Below are positions 9,467 through 17,594 of a DNA stretch of 27,441 bases, piece after piece. The stretch is taken from positions 1 through 27,441 of the forward strand of contig DASSIC010000492.1 of NCBI GenBank assembly GCA_035692325.1, given 5' to 3'. Position 1 is the first letter of the stretch, and each line of letters starts with the position of its first letter. The stretch comes from Gemmatimonadaceae bacterium (GTDB taxonomy: Bacteria > Gemmatimonadota > Gemmatimonadetes > Gemmatimonadales > Gemmatimonadaceae). Both the position numbers and the translations under genes were made by a program. The notes under the pieces were generated by a model. That model made no database searches. It had not been told where the DNA came from and saw only the letters and a list, made by a program, of their open reading frames with translations.

Positions 9467-9492
9467 ACCGCCTGCCACGCGGGGCAGGCGGT
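9467..9492 (-). terminator. Hairpin downstream of the cold-shock gene, probable intrinsic terminator
   Basis: Perfect 10-bp stem ACCGCCTGCC/GGCAGGCGGT with a 6-nt loop, 30 nt after the csp stop, followed on the minus strand by GCCGTTTT (U-tract slightly offset). Confidence 0.55.
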
Positions 9493-9522
9493 TGCAGAAT
9501 CAACTACGGCGGACGCGGCGGC

Positions 9523-9723
9523 TCAGACGCGCTGCACGTTCGCGGCGTGGAGGCCCTTCGCGCCAGCCTGGATCTCGAACTCCACTTCCTGGCCCTCGGC
9601 GAGCGTCTTGAAGCCATCCATCGCGATCGCCGAGAAATGCACGAAGACGTCCTCGCCCCCCTCCTGTTCGATGAAGCCGTATCCCTTGGCGTCATTGAAC
9701 CACTTCACTTTCCCTCTGGCCAT
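9523..9723 (-). CDS. Cold-shock protein, CspA family (66 aa)
   Basis: [18 protein letters not shown]...DVFVHFSAI (RNP1/RNP2). The paralog name cannot be assigned. Confidence 0.96.
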   Translation of the reverse strand: MARGKVKWFNDAKGYGFIEQEGGEDVFVHFSAIAMDGFKTLAEGQEVEFEIQAGAKGLHAANVQRV

Positions 9724-9797
9724 GCGCGCTGCCTCCACCGAAGTGAATCGCTCCTGCACTGCGTGGTGCTGGGCGCGCCCTTTGGCGCGCGGCGGCT

Positions 9798-9826
9798 TAT
9801 ATAGGAACACCTTGAACTTTTGTCAA
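9798..9826 (-). promoter_or_regulatory. Sigma70-type promoter of the cold-shock gene
   Basis: Minus strand TTGACA (9826-9821), 17 nt, TATATA (9803-9798) in a local AT-rich patch; implies a 5' UTR of about 68 nt. Confidence 0.6.
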
Positions 9827-9891
9827 GCAATGACGCGCTCGGTACGCGTCCGCGCTTGCGAGCGCCCGCCGGCCGACGTTACGTTCGCCGC

Positions 9892-10797
9892 GTGCCGAAA
9901 GAGATGCTGGTCGGGCAGACGCTCGCGGGCTACGCCATCCGTAGCGAAGTCGGTGAGGGTGGGACGTCCGCCGTCTTCCGGGCTGAACACGCGACGCACG
10001 GCGTCGTTGCGGTGAAGGTGCTGCGCGAGAAGCTGCGTCACGACAAGACCGCCGTCGCTCGCTTCGTGCGCGAAGCCCGCTACGGCGAGCGCGTGCGTCA
10101 TCCCAACGTCGTGCAGACGTTGGAAGTCGGCGAGGCCGCGCCCGGCATGCACTTCCTGGCGATCGAGTGGGCCAAGGGCGAGCTGCTCGAGCGATACGTC
10201 AAGGCCCATGCGCCCCTTCCTCCCGACGAGGTCGCGACGATCGTCATCCAGATCGCCGACGCCGTGCACGCCGCGCATGCCGTGGGCATCGTGCACCGCG
10301 ACCTGAAGCCGGACAACGTGATGTACGATCCGGCGACTCGGCAGGTGAAGCTGCTGGACTTCGGCATCGCCACGGACACCGACATGGCCCCCGAACAGCG
10401 CCTCACGCGCGCCGGATTCTTCGTCGGCACGCTGATGTACGTGGCGCCGGAGGCGCTTTCCGGCGAGCTCGTATCGCCGGCCGCGGATCAGTACAGCCTC
10501 GCGACGATCGCGTATCTGATGCTCACCGGCTGTCTGCCCTTCACCGCCAAGACGCCGCGGGAGATGTTCTCACAGCTGCTGTCGCAGCCGCCCGTGCCGC
10601 TGAACGAGGCTCGCCCCGGCCTCCATTTCGCCCCCGCCGTGGAGCAGGTGGTGATGAAGGGACTCAGCAAGGATCCACGACAGCGCTACGAGGACACCTG
10701 CAAGTTCGCGGAGGCGCTGCGCGACGCGCTCGCCAACACGACCGCGCCCGCGACACCGGGCATCCTCGATCGCATGAAGTCGATCTTCAAGCGCTGA
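9892..10797 (+). CDS. Hanks-type Ser/Thr protein kinase, kinase domain only
   Basis: GEGG, VAVK, HRDLKPDN, DFG and GT.MYVAPE motifs; no TM or PASTA region. Start GTG 9892 or ATG 9904. Confidence 0.92.
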   Translation: MPKEMLVGQTLAGYAIRSEVGEGGTSAVFRAEHATHGVVAVKVLREKLRHDKTAVARFVREARYGERVRHPNVVQTLEVGEAAPGMHFLAIEWAKGELLERYVKAHAPLPPDEVATIVIQIADAVHAAHAVGIVHRDLKPDNVMYDPATRQVKLLDFGIATDTDMAPEQRLTRAGFFVGTLMYVAPEALSGELVSPAADQYSLATIAYLMLTGCLPFTAKTPREMFSQLLSQPPVPLNEARPGLHFAPAVEQVVMKGLSKDPRQRYEDTCKFAEALRDALANTTAPATPGILDRMKSIFKR

Positions 10798-10812
10798 GAC
10801 CGCGCGCTGGCG

Positions 10813-12600
10813 TCACACGACGTCGGCGACCGGATCGGTCGTGGGGGCGCTGCCCGCGGCGACGGCGGCGCGCTCTCGCGTCAGATCAGCGGGGTTGACC
10901 GGCAGCCACACGGTGAAGGTCGAGCCGCGACCCACTTCGCTTTCCACGCTGATCTCCCCGCCCAGCAGGCGTGCGAGCCGCCGCGAGATGGCGAGCCCCA
11001 GCCCTGTTCCACGCTGCATCGAGTCGCCACGAGGCCCGGCATTCACCTGCTCGAACTCGTCGAAGATGCGCTCCAGATCCGCGGCCGCGATACCCACACC
11101 GCTGTCGACGACCTGCAGCGCGACCCATGTGCCACTTCTTGGTGCACGGGCCAGAAGCGCACGCCCGCCCAGTTCCTCACCGCCCGGTGGAGTGGACCGG
11201 ACGGGGGGTGTGGCCGCATTCGAGACCGGCGGCGCACCGACCAGGCGTGCGCGGACGCTCACCGTGCCGGTTGGGGTGTACTTCACGGCGTTGCCGATCA
11301 GGTTGATGAGAATCTGCCGTAGATGCGTCGGATCCGTGCGCACACGTGGCAACGACGCGCCGACCGTGATCGAGAACGCGAGCCCCTTCTCGCTCACGAG
11401 CGACTCCAGTTCGCTCGCCACGTTCAGCACGAATGGACGCAGCACGATCGTCTCGGCATGCACCTCGAGGCGCCCGGCGGCGATCTTGGCGATGTCGAGC
11501 ACCTGATCCACGAGATGACGCAGGTGCGTCGCCGACGCGGCAATGCGGTCCACCGGCGGCACCTGACGCGGCGAGAGGTCGCCGTAGAATCCGTCGCGCA
11601 ACAACTCGACGAATCCGACGATCGCGTTGAGCGGGGTGCGCAGCTCGTGCGAGACGTTCGCCAGAAATTCGCTCTTCGCCTGGTTCGCGCGCTTCACGTC
11701 GCTGTACAGCCGCTCCAGCTCCGCCGACCGATCGGCGACCTGGATGGCTCGCTGCTGCTCACGAAGCAGGCCGAGGGCGAGGAACACCACGCCCATCACA
11801 CCAAGCGTCCAGAGCCCCCAGCGAAGCGAGCGCGAGGTGAGGGCATGCACTGCCACGACACGCCACGTTCCGCCGTTGGGCAGTCGCACCAGTACCGCCG
11901 GTCGTCCGCCCGGCGGTTGGTCGCTCCGGGCTTTCTCGCCCAGTCGGACCACGGTATCCATCCCGGCGAGCACGGCCAGCGACAGCCGGGTATCAGGTCG
12001 GGCACGCGTGAGAAGGGCCTCGAGCGAATCTCCCGCGACCAGTAGCCCGACCGTGCCCGCGCCCCCGCCGCTGGTGCGGGCGAGCCCCCGCACCAGTGCG
12101 ATCCAACGACTGCCGGAGGTACCGCGAGGCACGACGACCAGGGATCGGTCCAGGGCTCGCACGTGGTGCAGGCTGTCACGCAGGGCTTGGTGAGGAGCCC
12201 GCACGTCCGCCGAGACCACGGAAAGGATCGAATGTCCGGCCGTGTCGTCCACCCAGATCTCACGCACCCCCACGGCCGCGGAGAGCAATCGCTCGAGCCG
12301 CGCCCGAACCTCCGCGCTATCCTTCACCGGCGCGCGCGCACCGGTGAGCTCCGCCACGCGATCCAGCAGCATCGCGTGATTCGCCACAAAGGACTCGGTG
12401 AGCAGTGCGGCCGACTGGGAGTCGAGCTCGGCCTGGTTGTAGTTCGCGCGTTGCAGGGCGCGATCGAGCAGGAGCAGACCGCCCAGCAGCACGAGGAACA
12501 CCGCGCCGATGAACCGCGAGAGCAGGCCGAGCCCGACGCGCGCGCCCTCTTCCCGCCCGATTGATTGACCGCTGTCTACCGCCCCGCTAACGTCTGCCAC
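10813..12600 (-). CDS. Membrane sensor histidine kinase (2 TM, extracytoplasmic domain, HisKA, HATPase_c)
   Basis: SHELRTPL H-box, NLIGNAVKYT N-box, DSGVGI G1, GTGLGL G2; two hydrophobic helices flank about 230 aa. Start uncertain. Confidence 0.92.
   Translation of the reverse strand: MADVSGAVDSGQSIGREEGARVGLGLLSRFIGAVFLVLLGGLLLLDRALQRANYNQAELDSQSAALLTESFVANHAMLLDRVAELTGARAPVKDSAEVRARLERLLSAAVGVREIWVDDTAGHSILSVVSADVRAPHQALRDSLHHVRALDRSLVVVPRGTSGSRWIALVRGLARTSGGGAGTVGLLVAGDSLEALLTRARPDTRLSLAVLAGMDTVVRLGEKARSDQPPGGRPAVLVRLPNGGTWRVVAVHALTSRSLRWGLWTLGVMGVVFLALGLLREQQRAIQVADRSAELERLYSDVKRANQAKSEFLANVSHELRTPLNAIVGFVELLRDGFYGDLSPRQVPPVDRIAASATHLRHLVDQVLDIAKIAAGRLEVHAETIVLRPFVLNVASELESLVSEKGLAFSITVGASLPRVRTDPTHLRQILINLIGNAVKYTPTGTVSVRARLVGAPPVSNAATPPVRSTPPGGEELGGRALLARAPRSGTWVALQVVDSGVGIAAADLERIFDEFEQVNAGPRGDSMQRGTGLGLAISRRLARLLGGEISVESEVGRGSTFTVWLPVNPADLTRERAAVAAGSAPTTDPVADVV
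12565..12593 (+). promoter_or_regulatory. Sigma70-type promoter of pyrE
   Basis: TTGACC (12565-12570), 17 nt, TAACGT (12588-12593), ending 11 nt before the pyrE ATG. Confidence 0.55.
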
Positions 12601-12604
12601 GCGT

Positions 12605-13159
12605 ATGCCTGATCACGACCGTCTTCTCACGCTGCTCGCCGAACGTTCCGCGCGGCGCGGACACTTCACGCTCGCATCAGGGCGACAGTCAACTTTATAC
12701 ATCGATGCGCGGCTCACGACAATGAGCCCCGATGGACTGGCGCTCATCGGACCGCTCGGCCTTGCCGCGCTCGCATCCTCCGGCTGGGACGTTGCCGCCG
12801 TCGGCGGACTCACCCTCGGGGCAGACCCCGTCACCTACGCGATCGCCTACGCGAGCGCGCTCGCCGGGACGCCACTCCGGGCGTTCACCGTGCGCAAGGA
12901 GGCGAAGGCGCACGGAACGGGCCGGCTCATCGAGGGGCCGTTTCGGGAAGGAGACCGTGTCGCAGTAATCGAGGATGTGATCACGACTGGCGGCTCGGCT
13001 CTCCGAGCCGCCGAGGCGGTCCGGGCCGCCGGCGGTATCGTTGCCGGCGTGCTGGCGCTCGTCGATCGCGAGGAGGGGGGTCGCGAAGCCCTGCTAGCCG
13101 CGGGCCTGCCCGTGCTCGCGCTCGCGAAGGCTACGGATATCGTGGCCCGGCTCCCCTGA
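12605..13159 (+). CDS. pyrE: Orotate phosphoribosyltransferase
   Basis: GHFTLASGRQSTLYID, GGLTLGADP, RKEAKAHG, and the PRPP motif VIEDVITTGGS. Confidence 0.95.
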   Translation: MPDHDRLLTLLAERSARRGHFTLASGRQSTLYIDARLTTMSPDGLALIGPLGLAALASSGWDVAAVGGLTLGADPVTYAIAYASALAGTPLRAFTVRKEAKAHGTGRLIEGPFREGDRVAVIEDVITTGGSALRAAEAVRAAGGIVAGVLALVDREEGGREALLAAGLPVLALAKATDIVARLP

Positions 13160-14329
13160 GCTCCGCCCATCGGACGCCGGTCCATCGGCGTCTGGCGCCA
13201 CCGGCACCGTCGAAGGGATATCGAATCGGGAAGCCTTCTGCTCCGCGGCACGCGCCGGCAGGAAGAGGGTGAGCGTGACACCTTGGAGCTCGAGCTCACC
13301 GCGCATCCGCGCGGCCAGTCCGACGAGGCGCTCCAGCGCGCCAGCATCGCCGACCGGAGAACGGGGAGGGGAGCAGGCCAGATACACTGCGGTCTTCCCC
13401 TCGCGCAGCATGCCGAAGTCGACGTGCAGCTCGTCGCCGGCCGCCGCCTCCTGAAGTGCCGCGTGCAGGAGCTCGTGCAGCATCAGCTCCAGTGCGATCG
13501 CATCCACCTGGACCGGCTCCTGGCTGTATCCCACGACCACCGCCGCACTTCGTGCTTCGGCATCGGCGCGGAGCGCGCGTCGCACCCCGCAGGCGATGGT
13601 GCGGAGCGATACGCTCTGCTGGGTCAACGTGGGAAAGACGGCCGCCGTGTCGCTCAGTCGATCGGCAATCAGATCGCCGAGCGCCCGCGCGTTTCGCTTC
13701 GCCATCGCGCGGAATCGTGGATGCGCACGCGCCTCCGCGGGCATGGTCTCGTCGTCCATCATCGCCAGGACGCTCTTGATGGTGCCGAGCGGATTGCGCA
13801 GATCGTGGCGCAGGTGACGGAACTGATCCCGCATGGAATCGCCCATCGCCTGTGTGTATCCCTTGGCCGTGGAGAGCGTGAGGTGCGACGTCGCCTGCTG
13901 AAGACGTCGGCTCATCCGAACGCCGTCTGCTGCATTGCCGGCGCTGTCGCTCATTTCCGTCTCGACGGCGTAGAGCAGCATCGCCGACAGCAGGTCGAGG
14001 CTCTTGAGCGCGTGGTGCAGCGACCCTCCGAGCTCGAACGCCTCTGCCCCGAACGACAGCCCGCGCCCCACGAGATCGTCGGAGGTGGAGCCGTCGGACG
14101 CGAGGGCGGCGGCGAGCGACGCCACGAGCGCCGTGCCCGTTTCCGCGAGGCTGTCGCCCATCCCTTCCTCCCGCAGTGCGACCGTCCGCACCTGTTCCGC
14201 CCAGCGTGCTCCGATCTGATCCGCTTGCGCCTGCAGCGCGGCGGCCACGTCGCTGCGCCGTGCCGCGAAGACGGCGGATTCGCCGGCGGGCCGCTCCGGG
14301 CGTCGGGTCGCGCTGGATAGAGGGTTCAT
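13094..14329 (-). CDS. Histidine-kinase-like protein: helical (RsbRD_N-like) sensor, HisKA, degenerate HATPase
   Basis: H-box HDLRNP (13790-13807) intact; N, G1 and G2 boxes not recognisable. Alternative start ATG 14344. Confidence 0.7.
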   Translation of the reverse strand: MNPLSSATRRPERPAGESAVFAARRSDVAAALQAQADQIGARWAEQVRTVALREEGMGDSLAETGTALVASLAAALASDGSTSDDLVGRGLSFGAEAFELGGSLHHALKSLDLLSAMLLYAVETEMSDSAGNAADGVRMSRRLQQATSHLTLSTAKGYTQAMGDSMRDQFRHLRHDLRNPLGTIKSVLAMMDDETMPAEARAHPRFRAMAKRNARALGDLIADRLSDTAAVFPTLTQQSVSLRTIACGVRRALRADAEARSAAVVVGYSQEPVQVDAIALELMLHELLHAALQEAAAGDELHVDFGMLREGKTAVYLACSPPRSPVGDAGALERLVGLAARMRGELELQGVTLTLFLPARAAEQKASRFDIPSTVPVAPDADGPASDGRSSGEPGHDIRSLREREHGQARG

Positions 14330-14359
14330 CTCGTATTCTGACATCACACGTGCGTGCAT

Positions 14360-14375
14360 TGCAGCAAGCTTGCCA
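14360..14375 (-). promoter_or_regulatory. Candidate sigma54 (-24/-12) promoter for the kinase-like gene
   Basis: Minus strand TGGCAAG-CTTG-CTGCA versus consensus TGGCACG-N4-TTGCW; GG and GC dinucleotides correctly spaced. Confidence 0.4.
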
Positions 14376-14508
14376 TGCGGCACGTCGGCGTCTGCCGCTT
14401 GACCGTCGGTAGGACGAGACCGACATTGCCCGCCCTCGACGGGCGTTTGCCCTCACACGTCGCCGGCCTTCCGGGCGATCGAACCTCACCGCGCCTCAAC
14501 CCACCGAG

Positions 14509-16191
14509 ATGCTCGACCTTCAAACCGAGGACCGCGCCAAGGATACGATCACCTTTCGCCTCGGCGCGAAGCGTCGATACGTGTTGACCACGCTGCTCGG
14601 GACGGCCGGCCTGGCGGCCGCGGTCGCCGGGGTGATGCCGACGTCAGTCGGCACGGTGCTCGGGATCGCCGGCACTGCGTTCGTGCTGAACTACATGCTC
14701 ACGACGCTCGCCACCGGCTTGCTGGCATCCGTGTGGTGGATGCGGTACGCCGTCGCCACACTCGACGTCGCACTGATCAGTGCCGTCGTGGCGGTGCTTC
14801 GACAGGATGCCGGCATCATCCTCTATTTTCTGGTCGTCGTTCCGTACTCGTTCGACCGAGGCAGGGCGCTGGGCTACTTCACCGCCGTTTCCTCCGCCCT
14901 CGCATTCGTGTTCGCGCGGTTTGCCACCATGACGCCGGGCACCAGCGGGTACGTGTACGGCTGGACGCTGGCGACGGCCGCGTTGCTCGTGGTGGTCGCG
15001 TCCCAGCTCATCCCCATCACCTCGCGTCTCATCTGGCGTATTCGGCGAACACGTGAAGTGATGGCCGACGCGGAGCAGGGGAATCTCCTCGTGCGCGCGG
15101 ATGGCCGGTATTCCGACGAGCTGGGGCTGCTGCAGCGCAGCTTCAATCGCATGCTCGAAGCCACGGGACAGCTCATCGGTGCCGTGCAGCACGAGGCGGA
15201 CGAAGTCGCCGCGCTGGCCGAACGGCTCGCTTCGGCGACGGACGCGCTGTCGGCGAGCGGCACCGAATTCGCCACCACGGCGCTCGATCTCACCGAGCAC
15301 CTCGAGTCGCAGCGTCGGTCCGCGATCGATGGCGCACAGCGAAGCGAACACGCGCTGGGAACCTCCGACCGACTGCGCGAGCGGGCGGCGGCGATGGAAG
15401 CCGACGTCCATGCGCTCGTCGAAGCGGGAGAGCAGAGTCGCAGTGCGATCGGGCGAGCCTCGACCACACTCGTCACGATCAGCGATCGCGTGCGATCTAC
15501 GGCACTCACGGTCGGTGCGCTGGGCTCCGCGTCCGAACAGGTGAACGCGTTCGTCGACGCCGTCTCGCGAATCGCCAGACAGACGAATCTGCTCGCGCTC
15601 AACGCCGCGATCGAGGCAGCTCGCGCGGGTGAGCATGGGAGGGGATTCGCCATCGTGGCCGAAGAGGTCCGCAAGTTGGCAGAGGAGAGCGGTCGCGCGG
15701 CGAAGGACGTTACGGACACCATTTCGCTGGTGCGCGAGAACATCGCCGCGGCGGTCGCCTCCATGGGCGAAGGCGAGCGCGAGGTTCGAGATGTGGGGAC
15801 TGTTGCCGGCGAGGCGGATCGCGCGCTCGGCGGTATCCTGGACGGGATCCGTCGCATCGCCGACGTGGTCGCCGAAACGGCGAGCGTCTCCCGCGACCAG
15901 TCCGCGACGATGCACTCGCTGACCACGACGATGACCGGCGTCCAGCAAGTCGCGCTCGACGCATCGGCCCGTGCCGGTGCGGCATCCGCCCTGGCGATGC
16001 AGCAAACGACCTCGCTGGACGGCCTCAGCGCGACTTCTCGCCAGCTCGTGGCGCTGTCGGAGCGCCTTCGTCACTCGATCAGCCGCTTCTCCGTGACGGC
16101 GTCGCCCGCGCCGAGCGATCAGCGGCCCGACGGGGCGCGCCAGCCCAGCCCGGCGGCGCCGTCAACGGCCGCAGTGCACGCAGCACGGTGA
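14509..16191 (+). CDS. Methyl-accepting chemotaxis protein with about 6 N-terminal TM helices and HAMP
   Basis: [34 protein letters not shown] signalling hairpin; HAMP-like [13 protein letters not shown]. Confidence 0.93.
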   Translation: MLDLQTEDRAKDTITFRLGAKRRYVLTTLLGTAGLAAAVAGVMPTSVGTVLGIAGTAFVLNYMLTTLATGLLASVWWMRYAVATLDVALISAVVAVLRQDAGIILYFLVVVPYSFDRGRALGYFTAVSSALAFVFARFATMTPGTSGYVYGWTLATAALLVVVASQLIPITSRLIWRIRRTREVMADAEQGNLLVRADGRYSDELGLLQRSFNRMLEATGQLIGAVQHEADEVAALAERLASATDALSASGTEFATTALDLTEHLESQRRSAIDGAQRSEHALGTSDRLRERAAAMEADVHALVEAGEQSRSAIGRASTTLVTISDRVRSTALTVGALGSASEQVNAFVDAVSRIARQTNLLALNAAIEAARAGEHGRGFAIVAEEVRKLAEESGRAAKDVTDTISLVRENIAAAVASMGEGEREVRDVGTVAGEADRALGGILDGIRRIADVVAETASVSRDQSATMHSLTTTMTGVQQVALDASARAGAASALAMQQTTSLDGLSATSRQLVALSERLRHSISRFSVTASPAPSDQRPDGARQPSPAAPSTAAVHAAR

Positions 16192-16996
16192 GATGGGGGA
16201 GCACGAGGTCAGCGCGGAATCGCTCGAACATGCCGGCCCCGTCATACCGATGCCGAAACTCGCCCGCCGTCATGTGCAGCAGCGTCCGCACATGGCGTCC
16301 GAAGCTCTGCGGGGAGCTGTAGTCGAGGTGATTCGCCACGTTGGCGACTGAAAACCCGGCATTCTCGAACAGCCGAGCGGCGCGTACGAGCCGTGCCATC
16401 GCCAGATAGCGCTTGGGTGCCGGGGCGCCGGCGCGGAAGAAGCGGCTCATCATGGTACTCGGCAGCACCTGGAGGTGGCGCGACAGCTCGCGCACGTTTC
16501 CGATGCGGGGCGAGCACGTGAAGATCGTTTCGAAGAACCGCCAGCAATCCTCCGGCGCGCCGGCTAGATCGACGGCGAGTTGACTCAGAATGCCACGGTG
16601 CCCGCTGTCCCCCGCATCGGCCATCAGTGCGCCCCGCAGTTCCCGCCACCCGATCGGTTGGCGCACGTCGATGAGCCGCCGGATTCCGCTATGCCCGAGC
16701 GCCAGCACGGCGTGTGGCGTCTTGAGCTCCAGTTCACTCAGCAGCGCGACTGCCGGCACGCGCGGAAACTCGCGCACGAGCGACGCCACTCGGCTTGCCT
16801 GCGAGCCGGCGCACGAGACCGAGACGAGCACGGCCTGAACGCGCCGTGTCTTGAGGTCCCGAATCAGATCGTCCACGGAATCGCGATGCAGGGCTCGATA
16901 ACAGCCCTCGCCGGCGGCGTCGACTCGCTGGCGCTCGGCCGGCGTCAGGAGTGTGCTGATCGGCGGAAGGTCGTTCGGGTTGATCTCGTGCGACAT
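16079..16996 (-). CDS. AraC-family HTH regulator with a receiver-like N-terminus
   Basis: C-terminal double HTH ([14 protein letters not shown]; [22 protein letters not shown]...MTAGEFR). The track start at 17509 runs through rnpB and is spurious. Confidence 0.8.
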   Translation of the reverse strand: MSHEINPNDLPPISTLLTPAERQRVDAAGEGCYRALHRDSVDDLIRDLKTRRVQAVLVSVSCAGSQASRVASLVREFPRVPAVALLSELELKTPHAVLALGHSGIRRLIDVRQPIGWRELRGALMADAGDSGHRGILSQLAVDLAGAPEDCWRFFETIFTCSPRIGNVRELSRHLQVLPSTMMSRFFRAGAPAPKRYLAMARLVRAARLFENAGFSVANVANHLDYSSPQSFGRHVRTLLHMTAGEFRHRYDGAGMFERFRADLVLPHLTVLRALRPLTAPPGWAGAPRRAADRSARATPSRRSG

Positions 16997-17128
16997 GGGA
17001 CGATTCCTCGCGTTGACGCAGTCGGGTAGCGCGCAGCTTCGCGCGGAGTGCAGGCGGCACAGTCTACCGTGGGGCGTCATTCGCGCGTCATCAGTGCCCG
17101 TGGCGTCCGAATCGACTATCTTTCGGGC

Positions 17129-17511
17129 GGATGTTGTCGGCCGGACGGTCGCGGGCACGCGAGTGCTCGAGGAAAGTCCGGGCTCCACAGGGCGCGCTGC
17201 CAGGTAACGCCTGGGCGGTGCCGCAAGGCGCCGACGGACAGTGCAACAGAGAACAGACCGCCGATGGCTTCGGTTCGCCGGAGCACAGGCAAGGGTGAAA
17301 CGGTGGGGTAAGAGCCCACCGCGGGGCTGGTAACAGACCCGGCTCGGCAAACCCCAGCGGGAGCAAGGCCAAATAAGCAGCGAGGGGCGGCCCGCCCCGA
17401 TCAAGACGCTGCGGGTAGGCTGCTTGAGGGCGCGGGCGACCGCGCTCCCAGAGGAATGACCGTCCGAGTGGCGACACTCGACAGAACCCGGCTTACAGGC
17501 CGGCATCATCC
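17129..17511 (+). ncRNA. rnpB: RNase P RNA, bacterial type A
   Basis: Universal GAGGAAAGTCCGGGC (17169-17183) and ACAGAACCCGGCTTA (17481-17495); AGTGCAACAG and GGTGAAACGG conserved blocks; 5' GGATGTTGTCGGCC pairs with 3' GGCCGGCATCATCC (P1). Candidate -10 TATCTT at 17117-17122. Confidence 0.96.
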
Positions 17512-17542
17512 ACCCCGCTCCCGCCGCCGGCCGCTTTTTACA

Positions 17543-17577
17543 TCTTTAGATATTAGTAGTTACTAAATATCTAAAGA
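17543..17577. repeat. AT-rich near-perfect inverted repeat
   Basis: TCTTTAGATAT-TAGTA-GT-TACTA-A-ATATCTAAAGA: 11 + 5 bp pairing with one bulge; 7/35 GC by hand count. Confidence 0.85.
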
Positions 17578-17594
17578 CTAATTCGGTCGGGTCG

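Noticed and set aside
14644-16074. 476-aa minus-strand ORF
   Set aside because: Antisense shadow of the MCP.
16997-17509. N-terminal 171 aa of the 476-aa AraC ORF in the track
   Set aside because: It is the antisense of rnpB and its promoter region; the real protein starts near 16996.
17512-17540. GC run plus TTTTT after rnpB as a terminator
   Set aside because: No stable stem could be formed before the T-tract.
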